From Intoshia linei (lineage: Eukaryota; Animalia; Orthonectida), in NCBI GenBank assembly GCA_001642005.1, contig LWCA01000003.1:65649-129648 (forward strand): 64,000 nt of DNA, in the 5' to 3' direction. Each line of letters starts with the position of its first letter. Positions within the stretch are counted from its first letter, which is position 1. The notes beneath the pieces are model-generated. The model did not search any database. It was not told the DNA's origin and saw only the letters and a list, made by a program, of their open reading frames with translations. The position numbers were made by a program, and so were the translations under genes. Of this stretch, positions 13,601-25,600 are shown in pieces.

Positions 13601-16600
13601 TTTAATAACTTCAAACTCTTTATGTAAAAATCCCTTATTACGATTTTACTAAAACCTTTTAATTGAACCGAAGAATAAAAAATCAAATTTTACAAACCTT
13701 AAGGCGTAAGCATTAATTTAAGGTAAAATCTCTTTTTCTACATTTTTTTGACAACTTGAATTTTACCAAACTTCACGAGAAAAAGGTATTAGTCCAACCA
13801 CAAAATAAAAAACCAAAATTTTATCAAACATGAAGGAAAAATCTTTTTTTCCGAGTACTGTGATCTAAACCAGTGGTTCTCAATTGGTGTCCCTGGACCC
13901 CGTGAGATTTAAATAAAAAATTTATTAAAATTTGTTTATTTTTATAGGAGAATTTTTAATATTTGTTACTTATTTGCCAAATGTTGTGAATTTATCCTAA
14001 AGCCTAGACGATTATTATATCAAAAATCTCAGTTTTATCTTATTAATAAAATTTAATATAAAACACCATTTGAAACCCTCAGGGGAAAATCGACTTTTAA
14101 TGATATTTTTATGAAAAATATCTTTTTTACAATATTTATTTGAAAAACTTTTTATTCCAACCTCAATATAAAAATCCAATTTTATCAAAGCTTAAGGCAA
14201 ATTTTTTTTTTTCAATTTTTTTTTTTAAAAAAACGATTTACCAAATCTTATGATAAAAAACCTGCAATGTTTTAATAAATATTTTATATTTTATGTTTCC
14301 TTTGGGTCTAAAAAAATATATATTTTGAATCGGAACCACTGTTCTAAACATTAAACATTTGTGAGACTCATAAGCGTCATTGTATTCCGTTTACATTTCA
14401 CAATTTAGTCATTTATACATTTAAAAAAATTTGCTGGTACCAGCAACTAGTAGTACAAGTACCAGCAACCCTTGGTCATGGGAAATTACTCATTTCACAT
14501 TAAATGTTTAGCTGAATAGTCACAATTTAATTTTTAAGAAAACTTACATAATATTATTACAATATTATTTTTTTGCGTTACTAGTTCAATATTAAAATTT
14601 GCAAACATACAATGCGACCTGTAAATTTTTCAACAGGACCTTTAGTGCCCGCTAACATGTATTTGGTAACCGATGTTATATTGTAATAAATTAAAAAATT
14701 GTTCCTGTATCTAGTTATAGTTTTAATTATTTTAGGATCGGATTGTATTTGCGATAATTGCAGTATTTACGAGTATGGTCCAGATTTTGTTCTAAATATT
14801 GAATTTCTGTTTGAAAATATTACAAACCATGAAGCACTTGAAGAACAAAGACAGGTAAAAAAGTAAAATATATACAAATTATTTTACCTTTTAAATTTGT
14901 GATGATATGTGATAAATATTACCTGTTAATAACAATTTATAAAATTGCGGCCAAAAATTGATAACAAATATTATCTAAAAATGACAAATTAATATATCGT
15001 AAAGGTATCTGATTAAAGAAATTTATTAAACGTCTCGTATTAGAGACTTATTAGTTTTAATTAACATTTAATTAGAAAAAACAATTAATAAATGGAAAAA
15101 TGTTTAGTTAATATATTCCTTGGTTCGATATTCTGCTAAATTTCGAGATGCCTATTCAACATATGCAAGACTTTTGAACGAACAAAACCCCGACAATAGT
15201 GCTTTATTGAGTAGAATATGTTTTTGGAGAATGTTGTTGGATTTAAATATAGTCAACGAAGAAAATACCTTGAGAGCATATGAAAAGATTTTGCAATTAA
15301 GTGTCTTATCCAACGAAGATGCTTTTCAACCTAATGGAAAATTGTTATTTAAACAATTTATCATACAACTAACAATACTTTCCTATCATTTATATGGTTT
15401 TGAACTACAGAACAATGTGTAATATTCAATGCTGAAAATGTATCAAGTTTTAAACTTAGAAATTCAAAATACATACTGTCGGGTTGCATTTCAAAGTTGG
15501 TTTCGGAACATTTCACAAAAATTAATATTGGAGGTTCTATCTTTACAAACAAGGATATGGTATACGTTTTGAATACCAATGGAACTGAATTGTATAATTT
15601 GCTTGTACAGTACTGTAGAATATTTCACGTAATTTGAATCCAAACATTAATAATCCATTTTAGAAAACAAACTTCTGTCAAATGTCTTTACGAAATTTTA
15701 TTCATATGCTTAATGTATATATTTATTGTTTTAAATTTAATTACATGTAGGACTTTGAGTATATTGACAAGCAATATTTGACAATCGACAAAATATTAAA
15801 TGTAATATGTAATTATCTACCTGGTGTCAATATTGATGATTGTATCAATTTGGAAAAATATGTATCAAATTAATAATTTTAATGTATATATTTGTAGGTA
15901 CTTTTTTTGGATTTATTTGAAATTTTGGCATTAATTTCTCAACACATAAGTATTAATAAATTGACGAAAAACTATTATCAGGTTATTATCACTAATATCT
16001 AGTGACAACAGGTTTGTGAATTGGATCCCTTCTAAATGTATTTCAATTACATATTTGATAATCACCTAATAATAATTTTTGCGGTTAGGATAATAAAAAA
16101 TGAGATTATTCTTAAACCCAACCATTTTCACTAAAAATCCACTTTTACCAACCATTAAGGGAAAAATCCCAATTTTACCGACCCTTATGGGAAAACCCAC
16201 TTTTACCAACCTTTAATGGAAAAATCCCAATTTTACCAACCCTATGGGAAAACTCTGGGAAAAATCGAGTTTTACCTACACTTGAGGAATAATCCACTTT
16301 TACAAACTAATTATTAAGTATTAAAGCATTTATAACGTGTTTATCGATGATCTTTCTATTTGAAAACTTCATTTTGTTTCGTTTGTTATATTGAGTTTTT
16401 ATGGAATACTCCGCAATTCTGTAAAACTGGAATTTTCCCTAAAAGTTAAAGTTAAGGTTTTTAAAACTGAATTTTTCCTTTTAGTGTTGGTAAATTTTGA
16501 TTTTTAGTAAAAATAGTTGGATTTAAGTACAAATGCTTGGATTTTAATAAAAATGATTGGATTTTAGTAAAAGTAGTTAGATTTTGGTAAAAATGGTTGG

Positions 16601-17184
16601 ATTTTAGTAAAAATGGTTGGATTTAAGTAGACACCCATAAAAAATATATTGCAAACTGGATAAAATTGAGCAACTTTAAAAATAAAATGAACCATTTAAA
16701 ATTATTTTAGACAAAGTCACCAAAATGTATCAGCAGTATCAGTATTGACAAAATGGCTGAAGTGGAAGACCGTACGGAAACAGAATCTCCAGACAATGAG
16801 ATGTTGGAAGAAACTGAAATGATAAAGAAAAGTGATCAAGATTTGACAGAATTGGAAGACAACAAACAGTCTCTTACCCAAGGTACTGAAACTCAAGATG
16901 TCACCGAATGTGATCTAGACTCGTCACAATCTCCAGAAACCATTGAAACAGAATCAATCAGGATGAAAACAACCTCGGCAGAGACAATCTTAACGGGCAT
17001 AACGAAATTTGAAGATAAATGTGTGTACAAGTTCAACTACTTTTTAACAAAATTACTGATTCCGCGTTTACAAAGCATCGTCGCTTCCTTTAAAGAATTT
17101 GACAACTTTTTAAAAACCCCGTCAAACGTAAGTAGCAGAAAAGAGTCACCTTGCCATACAACATTGAGCAAAGTAATGGAGTAA
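10650..17184 (+). CDS. RSPH10B: Radial spoke head 10 homolog B-like (MORN-repeat axonemal protein)
   Basis: Tandem MORN repeats (YEGDVQNGLRHGYG, FYDGDWYNNKRHGWG, YEGGWVDNVREGEGTMRW, YSGNFKDGKRDGSGIFYYSNGSRFEGNWINNKKEGEGRMMFRNG), then a helical region (LSRICFWRMLLD) and an acidic tail; exons join in phase. Confidence 0.85.
10860..10970 (+). mobile_element. Helitron 5' end fragment in an RSPH10B intron
   Basis: A|TCCCAACTTATATAATATGCGACGCG...(gt)n matches the 5' end of the 58008-58749 element; another such end lies at about 47855. Confidence 0.6.
13871..14341. mobile_element. hAT MITE, probably nested in an older MITE (about 13393-14675)
   Basis: Termini cagtggttctcaa / ggaaccactg; TSD atctaaac/ttctaaac. 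Internal homology to 24797-25219. Confidence 0.75.
16102..16636. mobile_element. Foldback/Mutator-like element
   Basis: Perfect 9-bp TSD ataaaaaat (16093-16101 and 16637-16645). Long degenerate inverted arms are built of tandem units (ccaaccattttcactaaaaatcc versus ggattttagtaaaaatggttgg). Confidence 0.75.
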
Positions 17185-17295
17185 ATAATAAAATTTTAAT
17201 AAATCAACGATAAAATTTTACTTACTGTACAAATAATATTTTAAATAAATAAATATACAAAAAGGCAAATATTCAATTAAATTGGTGATTTAGGT

Positions 17296-18739
17296 TCATT
17301 GTGTCTCTAATTCGAGAGAATCTTCACGTTTGTATATATTGACGCCAGATAATTTAAAATTCTTTATTGAGTACAACAATTTGCTAATTTTGCTAGTTTT
17401 TGTAGTACTACCTGAAGATAAAGCGATTGCTTCAGAAAACTTGCGTGGTTTCGTTTTTTTAATAATTTCATAAAACTTTTTATTTTCAACATTGTGCAAA
17501 ATATTTTCCTCGCTCTTATTCTTCTTTGGAAATTTTTTATCCAATTTTTTTTCACAGGTATTGACTGAAAAATCACATAAATAGTTTTCTTCAGATTTAG
17601 CATTAATATTTCCAATGTTTTCTGTTTTAATTTCATTGGCGCTGTCAGAAGTATAACTACAAGTTGCCGAAGAAAACCACATGCTACGATGATAAATACG
17701 GGCCAACTGACGTAATTTCAAGTCCATTGAACTTTTTTCGATATTTTCAGAATGCGATTTCAAAACAATCGATTTTGAAGAGGCAACGGACTAAAATAGC
17801 CAATTAATGTTAAATACTACAGTACGTAGATTACAAAGTCATTATCAATTAGGTAAATACCTTATCGTCGACATTTTGCAAAGATTTTGCATTGGATAAA
17901 TTCACTTTCTTGTCAAAATTTTGGTAATCTGAAATAAAGTCTAAACGTGGTATAAAGAAAAATTAATATTACCGATATTGTTGGGGATCATTAAAATTTT
18001 TTTATTGTTAGAATCAATAACACACATGGTGGTATTTGTTATATCGCAAAAATATCGAATTTTTGAAAAACCCAATAATCTAGCGTGGTTAAAGTAATGA
18101 ATGAGCAATTTCAAAACTTCTACAGCTCTGTTAATTTTTTCTAGGGATGAAGTACATGAATGTAAAAAGAAGCTTCCTGCCACGCATTTAGCTAAAACAC
18201 CAAGTTGCATGCCATTCAAATCGGAATATTTTGTAACTTTGTGCCACATGCCCAAAATCAAAGCGACCAAGCGCTGGCGAACTGGAGGAAAAATATCTAA
18301 AATTCTAAAACTAACTAATAAAAATAAAAAAGTACGTTCTGATGTAATCTAATTGAGAGTCGACATCTTTCAATTCAAGACAATCAAGGAGTTTGTCTTC
18401 AACTTCTTTTCCAAAAATTCCATCTGGGATTTGTAGCAAGAAAACTTTAAATACGGAAGCTAATGTGTAAAAAGAATATTTATCATAGTATATGGGTATT
18501 CCTTCATTTAAACTTTTGCAGATGATGGTTTGTTCCATGCGACTTCCAGGTCTACGGAATATATTTTCAGCGGCACAACCGCGCTGTGTCAAGTAATTTA
18601 CTAAATCCATGAGCGGTATAGGCATAAAATTTTCCTTAAAAACCAATGACAGTGATACGCCAAATCTGAGTTTGAATGCAGCTTTTGGTAGGTAATTAAA
18701 CTCATTTTTCGAAGGAATACACCCAAATAGATATTTCAT
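17296..18739 (-). CDS. RhoGAP-domain protein (ARHGAP20/TAGAP-like)
   Basis: FGVSLSLVFKENFMPIPLMDLVNYLTQRG..ENIFRRPG (arginine finger), LASVFKVFLLQIPDGIF, and NGMQLGVLAKCVA in the next exon; Ser/Lys-rich tail. An ATG-only first exon near 18832-18834 is possible. Confidence 0.85.
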
Positions 18740-18973
18740 ATTTTGATAGGTGGTAGTCCTTAAACCTGCCTTATAATAAAACTAAATTTAATAACAAATA
18801 TAAGTCAAATTTAATCAATGTATCCATAACCATATTATATGCTTGTATCTCTTATGGAGTTGTCATTAGCGTTGAAACAGTTAAATGGTGTGTATAATAC
18901 ACGTTTTGCATAATTAACATTTTGTGCTGTAACTTTTAATTTATTAACACAAGAATAATATACAAATCATTAT

Positions 18974-21900
18974 TTAGTTGTCAAATGCAATATCTAGTAT
19001 CATCATTAGAACAAAGCCATTTATCATAAATATCGATCCAATTTTGCTATTTCTACATACAAAAGTATAAAACATTAAATAATATATACCCGCCAGCAAT
19101 TTCGGGAGCAATTTCGTCGAATACAACGTATATCATGGCCCCTGCCGCGAACGCCAGAACAATGGGCAACAAGGAACTTATCGTTAAAGTGAATACAGCT
19201 CCTATTACTCCAGAAATTGGTTCCACCATTCCACTCAATTGGCCATACCTTAAATACTTAGCTGACATTTGAACGTACATATCATTGAAATTAAAATTAC
19301 ATGAAGGATTTATGGTTTGAAAGCCCAGCACACTTTAAAGGTAAACTAATTGCTAAACCCTCTGGAAAGTTTTGAATGGCTATTCCAACTGTCAATATTC
19401 TTAAATAAATTGCACACTATATTTGAAATATTACCTAGCTTTATTAAACGACTCAACAGTATCAGCATTAGCAAATGAAACTCCTACAGCTAATCCTTCT
19501 AAATAACCCATATTTATTTACATTAATTTTTTGAATGATTAAATAAATGTGCAATCACATATTGATCATAATAATAACTTATCAAAATAAGATTTCAAAA
19601 TAAGAAACCAAGATAGATGGCTAATTTTAAACTTTTGGGTTGTTCGGGTTCATTTTATTAATTTGAAAGCATTTCCCGCAGTGTAATTTCCCCCACTTTT
19701 TGTTTTGTTTTGTCATTGGATCAAATAAATTATTCTTAAATTTTAAATCAATTTTTTCTACAATATTAATTAAAATATTAGAGTTCCTTTCAATTTTACT
19801 AAAAAATAAATATCAAAATAAAAATAAAATTTTTTTACACTTTTGCATTACATACCCGGTGGGACTACATGTCACTAAAAGTGATTTTAAATGATAATTT
19901 CTTCGCCTTTGAAATGACACGCAAAAAATGTATTTAATTTAACACAATTTTTCAATTTTATTATGTTGTTTGATAATAAACCAATATTACGATATCATAA
20001 TTAAACCATTATCAAAAAGTATTCATTTGATTATTGCAAAATAAACCCATTAATTACGTTATATATCCAAGTCAAGACTATATATATAAGTAAAATATAG
20101 AATTAATTAATTATAGATTATTGGAAAAGTAAATTGTAAATAAAAATTTATTTTATCAATAATCTACAATGTAAGACAATTTGGTTACAAGTCTTAACAA
20201 GTTTTCACTTGCGGTTCTTCATGGGATCATGAGAAGAAAATTTACAAGTGGGATACAATACTTTTGACAGTTGACATTAAACAGCATACATCTTATTTTT
20301 CTACTACGTTGAATATATTATACATCAGTGTTATTAAGCTTTAAAAACCAGAGACCCCCATTTCAGTCAAAACTTTTGCGATCCTTAAAAATTTCAACTT
20401 CTTCTGGGTAGGCCTACAAGGTTGAGTGATTTGTAATACTAATACTATGCTTGTGATAACATTTGACATTAGGTAGCATTTCTATATTTTCCAACTACAT
20501 ATGAAGTATATAACACGCATAGTGTTAATTTAATAAAAAATTTTGGTGTACTATATACGTTTTGTAGTGGCTCATATAAATGCAGAGCGAGCTCTGGATT
20601 TCCAAATCTAATTTTATTAAAATGTATTAGCGTAATGAACGTAAATCTACCAATACTATCCACAGAATCAACACTAAAATTCGGAATTTGCATCTATGTG
20701 TTTTTTGTAAAGTATAAAAGTATGCGAAATAAAAATACTGTATACCAAAATGGAAAAAAAATGAACCACATAAAAATTGTTAGTTAGATAAGATTTTTGT
20801 AAATTTGAAGAAACAATTAATTATTAGTTTACATTAGGAGTTTCCAAACTCAATTTGTCTACCGACCCTTTTTAGCAATATATTTTTTCAATGTACCCTT
20901 GAATAAAGTTTCGAAATCTTCATACTAATCTTTAGGAAATGTGTAGACGTTCAATGAACATATTTTTAAATTGTAGGATGATTAATTTTATTTTTTCATT
21001 TTTAATCCAATATTTGAAAAATCTTAGTTGATAATATATTAAAAATTATTTTTCAGCGGGAATCCATAGATTTCTGAGGTTGAAATTTTGCAGTTATATC
21101 AAATAGAATAAGCTATATCAGACTAACTTCTTTTTTTAATTTTAGAACCATTAATTAATTTAAATTTTTTGATTTAATAAAATAGTTTCGAAATAAAAAA
21201 AATGAATATTAAAATACTTTTTTGACTGTGAAGGCATCATTTATTCAGATTTAAATTTTTTGTGTGTGTTTGTTAACAGGATACAATTGTACCATCTGTA
21301 ATTTTTTTAAATTCTAGGGCTGTTTTCATTTAAAAAAATGGTAATCTGGGGGTTTGATCGTGAAAATTATCTTTTTTGAGGTTTCCATTTATGATAATGT
21401 TTATTATTTTAAAAACTATCCCAGAATTTATCTTTAAAAACATTTTAGGATTGGTAAATTTTGATTTTTAGTAAAAACTTTTGAATGATTCATATATAAA
21501 CCATTCGATTATTATGAATAATGCATATATGAATCATTGGATGTGAAACCGAAAAGTAGTAAATTCTAAAACTACTAAAAATTATATGAAATACCTTCCA
21601 ATTTTAAAAAAAAGTAACTAAACCTTTTTAAAATGTAAATCATTATAATCGTAGACCGCGACGGATTAGCCGAAACTTCTCAAACGGACCCGGTGATAAA
21701 CGTGAAGAAAATAAGTAAGTCCAAAAAGTTAAATATGTAAAATAAAAAATAAAAAATAAAAAATTAATACACATTATTTTTATATACCTGGAATATTGTG
21801 AGCAAAAATGGCACAGATCATTAAAAAAAATTTTTTCTTGATAAAAAATGGTGATTTATCAGACTGTAACTCAGGTTTATGCTGATGTGATTGTTTTTTT

Positions 21901-22505
21901 CTATTTATTAAATTTTTGTTTTTTGAAATTAGAGTCGGTTTAGGTTTTGTGATAGTTATATTGGCCAAAATCTAAATTATCCAAAATTTATAAAAAAACA
22001 CAATCAATACCTGGTAATTTGAAAGATATACATCTGTCAAATAAATAAACACAACACCAAAAATAAATCCCAATGAAACGGGTACATATGGACAATTCTT
22101 AAAATACTGTTGTTTAGCTATTTCAACAGCCGGAACCAATAATGACCAAATTGAAGCAGATATCATTACCTAATCAATTTTACAATAAAATTAAAAAATA
22201 TATATTGGTAGACGTAACATGATAAGGATTCAATCCTACATCAACTACACTAGGTGTTATGTAATTTACAGAAAATTGAGACTGCAGTTTAATAACCAAA
22301 CTGAAGAAAAATATAAAATTACTCCCGCCGAAAATCCAAGACTTGCATCCAGGAATTTCTAATAATTGCTACTTTATAAATACTATATAATTGAAACCTT
22401 ATCATTATTAATAAAGTATACAAGACTAGAACCTAGAGCAGTGACAAACCACGTTAATAGTGTTCCTAAAAACGCTTGGTATATGTGATTTCCATTACTG
22501 ATCAT
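18974..22505 (-). CDS. SLC39A11: Zinc transporter ZIP11 (GufA subfamily)
   Basis: YQAFLGTLLTWFVTALGS, FLDASLGFSAG|VMISASIWSLLVPAVE, HNIPE|GLAVGVSFA, GIAIQNFPEGLAISLPL, YGQLSGMVEP, LAFAAGAMIYVVFDEI, GFVLMMILD. Confidence 0.95.
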
Positions 22506-22623
22506 TTTGAGATATCATGCATACTCGTTTTATACACTTTACACGTAATTGTTTACTCTTTAATGGTAACGAATCAGAGAAAGAATCTCCATGACTTAAC
22601 TACAAGTTTATTTCAACATTGGT
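22506..22623. promoter_or_regulatory. Putative bidirectional promoter for ZIP11 and SCYL1
   Basis: Divergent start codons only 118 bp apart (22505 and 22624). Confidence 0.55.
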
Positions 22624-25600
22624 ATGTGGAAATTATTTTCAACAGACCCTCTATCCAATTTTAAATACTCTCTCGGAAAATCCACAGATAAAGATATATT
22701 TACCACTTATGCTAATTTTTATGTATGCGAATGTAAAGAAAAGGTAATTTATGTGATTCATTTTCTACTCTTTTGTAACGTTTAGTCAGTTGAAAAGTAC
22801 TTTTTAAGGTACCTAGCGTTTGGAAATATAAATAATACAACTATGTCATTTTTTAATAATAACAACGAATTTTTTAGTGTTTTTTAAGTGTGTATTCATT
22901 GGGTTTTTGATCCGCTAGTCCAATTGTAAATGATAAATAAAATGATATGCTGACAAAATGAATATATTTGGGTTAGTTCATGGGACAAAAAACTAGTTAA
23001 TACTCTGGTATAGATCTTTTAGAATTTCATCGTGTTCAAAAATCAAAAAAGAATATAATAAAAAAAACTTTTGTGTATTGTGCCCTATCACTATTTATTT
23101 CATTACAAAACTAATTTATTATTATTTAGAAAACTGGGCAAGATTTTACTGCTTTTGTTTATGAGGGAATCAATAAATCTGTACAATTAAAATTATTACT
23201 TTAATAATTATTTAGTCTGGAATTCATGCACTCTGTAAAATTAGATCAATGAGATACCCAGGAATTGTTCAATATGTCGACTCTTTGGATGTAATTTTTT
23301 CAATTATTTTTGTATTTTAAAAATAGAAAATTTAAATCTTTTAGACCAAAGATGCTCTGTATATAATCACGGAAAAATGTGTTCCTCTTTATACATTTAA
23401 AAATGAAGCAACTGCTTATTGTTTAGAAAATGATGTGTGTATATTGGGATTTTACGATATAATGGTAAATATAAGGATTTGTAAAATAATGGAATTATGT
23501 TGACCATTATTATTACAATTTAATGTGAATTATAACGAGCTCTGTGGATATTGAGATGTACATTAAATTCAAATTTATATATTACCATTCACAAATATGC
23601 AAATAACGTTTTAAATGTAATCATCATCATTTTTTTATCTAGTAGAGCTTATCTAATCCGATCTACTGTAATATGTACCGGCTATAATCTCAAATATTTT
23701 CATGGACCAAATTTTTTTAATTCGACTTCTAGATAGATAAGAAACGTTTTGGCGACCCTGTTTTGGTTTATTCATTAAATAAGTAATAAGTAACTACATT
23801 ATACATTATAAATAAATAATATATTATCTTTAATTGTCAATTGATTTAGAATACCATCGAGTTTTTGCATAATGAATGTTCTCTTATTCATGGTAATTTT
23901 TTACACTAACTTAAAATGTTAATTTAAGTGGAGAACATAATCTATTTAACAATTTTTTTTAAAGCTAATGAAGTTATGGGCCAGATGGCTCACAGGAAAA
24001 TTTTCCATTTGTTTTCTAATTCAAAGAATAATATGTATAAAATGAAAAAAATCTATTTAAAAGAAATTTTTATATGGGTTTACATTAAATATATCTTTTA
24101 GTAAAAATTTCAATAGTGATAAAAAAAATATATAATACTATACCAATTAGTGTATACCAGTAATATATCATAAATATATATAAACAATATATATACTAAT
24201 AATATATAATATATACAATAATATAATAGTATATACCAATTAGAGCCCAGCAAGTTTTCATTATCTAAATCAGGGTGATCCAAAGCATGAGAAATTGTTT
24301 AGTAATATATTTTGTAAACATTGATTTACATAAATATTATAATTACCAATTACCGTTAATTTAAATTTTTTAGAAATAATTCTGACTTTTTGGACTTATA
24401 CTTGCCTTTGGACTATATTTTTTAATGTTGTGGCCCGTGAAATTTGTAAAATTTATTTTTTGGCCTTCACTCATCATTTATTTGGAGTTCAAACGTTGCA
24501 ACACCCTGATCTAAATCTTTGCTGTTTTGTTGGACTTTATGAAATTTTAGAGTAAAATTTATCTGGAAATAGGAAACAAGTTGTATAATTATATAACGAT
24601 ATACATGATTATTTCGATATAACTTTTAATATTCGGTCCATACTTAGGGGGTAAGTATTAGATTTTACGATGCGACGATTTTCTTTTAATTATTCGACTA
24701 TCACTCCATAAAAATGATTGGGTCACACTGTTGTATATTTATATGTATATGTATTTATCCGAGGGAACAATCAAAACAATGTACCAGGTTTTAGATCAGT
24801 GGCTCCCGATTGGAGGTCCATGAACCCCACGGGTCCAAAACTATGTTTCTTGGGTCCGTGAAATTCAAATAAAATATAAAAATATTTTTTTCAACTTTTG
24901 TTTAATTTTAGAATTTTTAATATTTATTACAGAGTGTCCAGATGTTGTGAATTTACTCTAAAGCTAGACGACCGCTATATTATCATTTCAAAAATCCCCC
25001 TATTAATCCCACCATTAATAAAATTTAATAAAAAATACCATTTAAAACACTCAGGGAAAAACTTTTACTGATATTTTTTTGAAAAACACGATTTTACCAA
25101 ATCTTGGAAGAAAAAACCTTTAATTTTTTGATAAATGTTATATATTTCATGTTTCCTTTGGGGTCCAAAAAAATAAATATTTTGAAATGAGGCTATACTG
25201 TTTGAATCTGGAACCATTGGTTTAGATCAATGTTTCCCAATCTTTTTTATGTTAGGTCCTACTTTTAATCTTAAAAAAATCTCAAGCCCCACTGAAAAAA
25301 AATTTGCCCCAATGGCCAAATTTTTTGCTTCTGATACAACAGTTTATTCACAAAAAATTATTAATTCAATGGTTACCTTTTATTAAAAACTAATGTTCTA
25401 ATAAATTCGAAATGGAAAGCTATTGTTGTCGAAATTCGAGCGAATTATAATAAAATAGATTAACTGTATAATGTTTTTTTTAAATTCTAGAACTTTTTTC
25501 ATTTTTTAAAAAAAGGTTAATATGAGGTTTTAATTGTGAAAATTGAATTTTTCGGGGTATATGATAATGCTTGTGATTTTAAAAACTATCACAGAATTTA

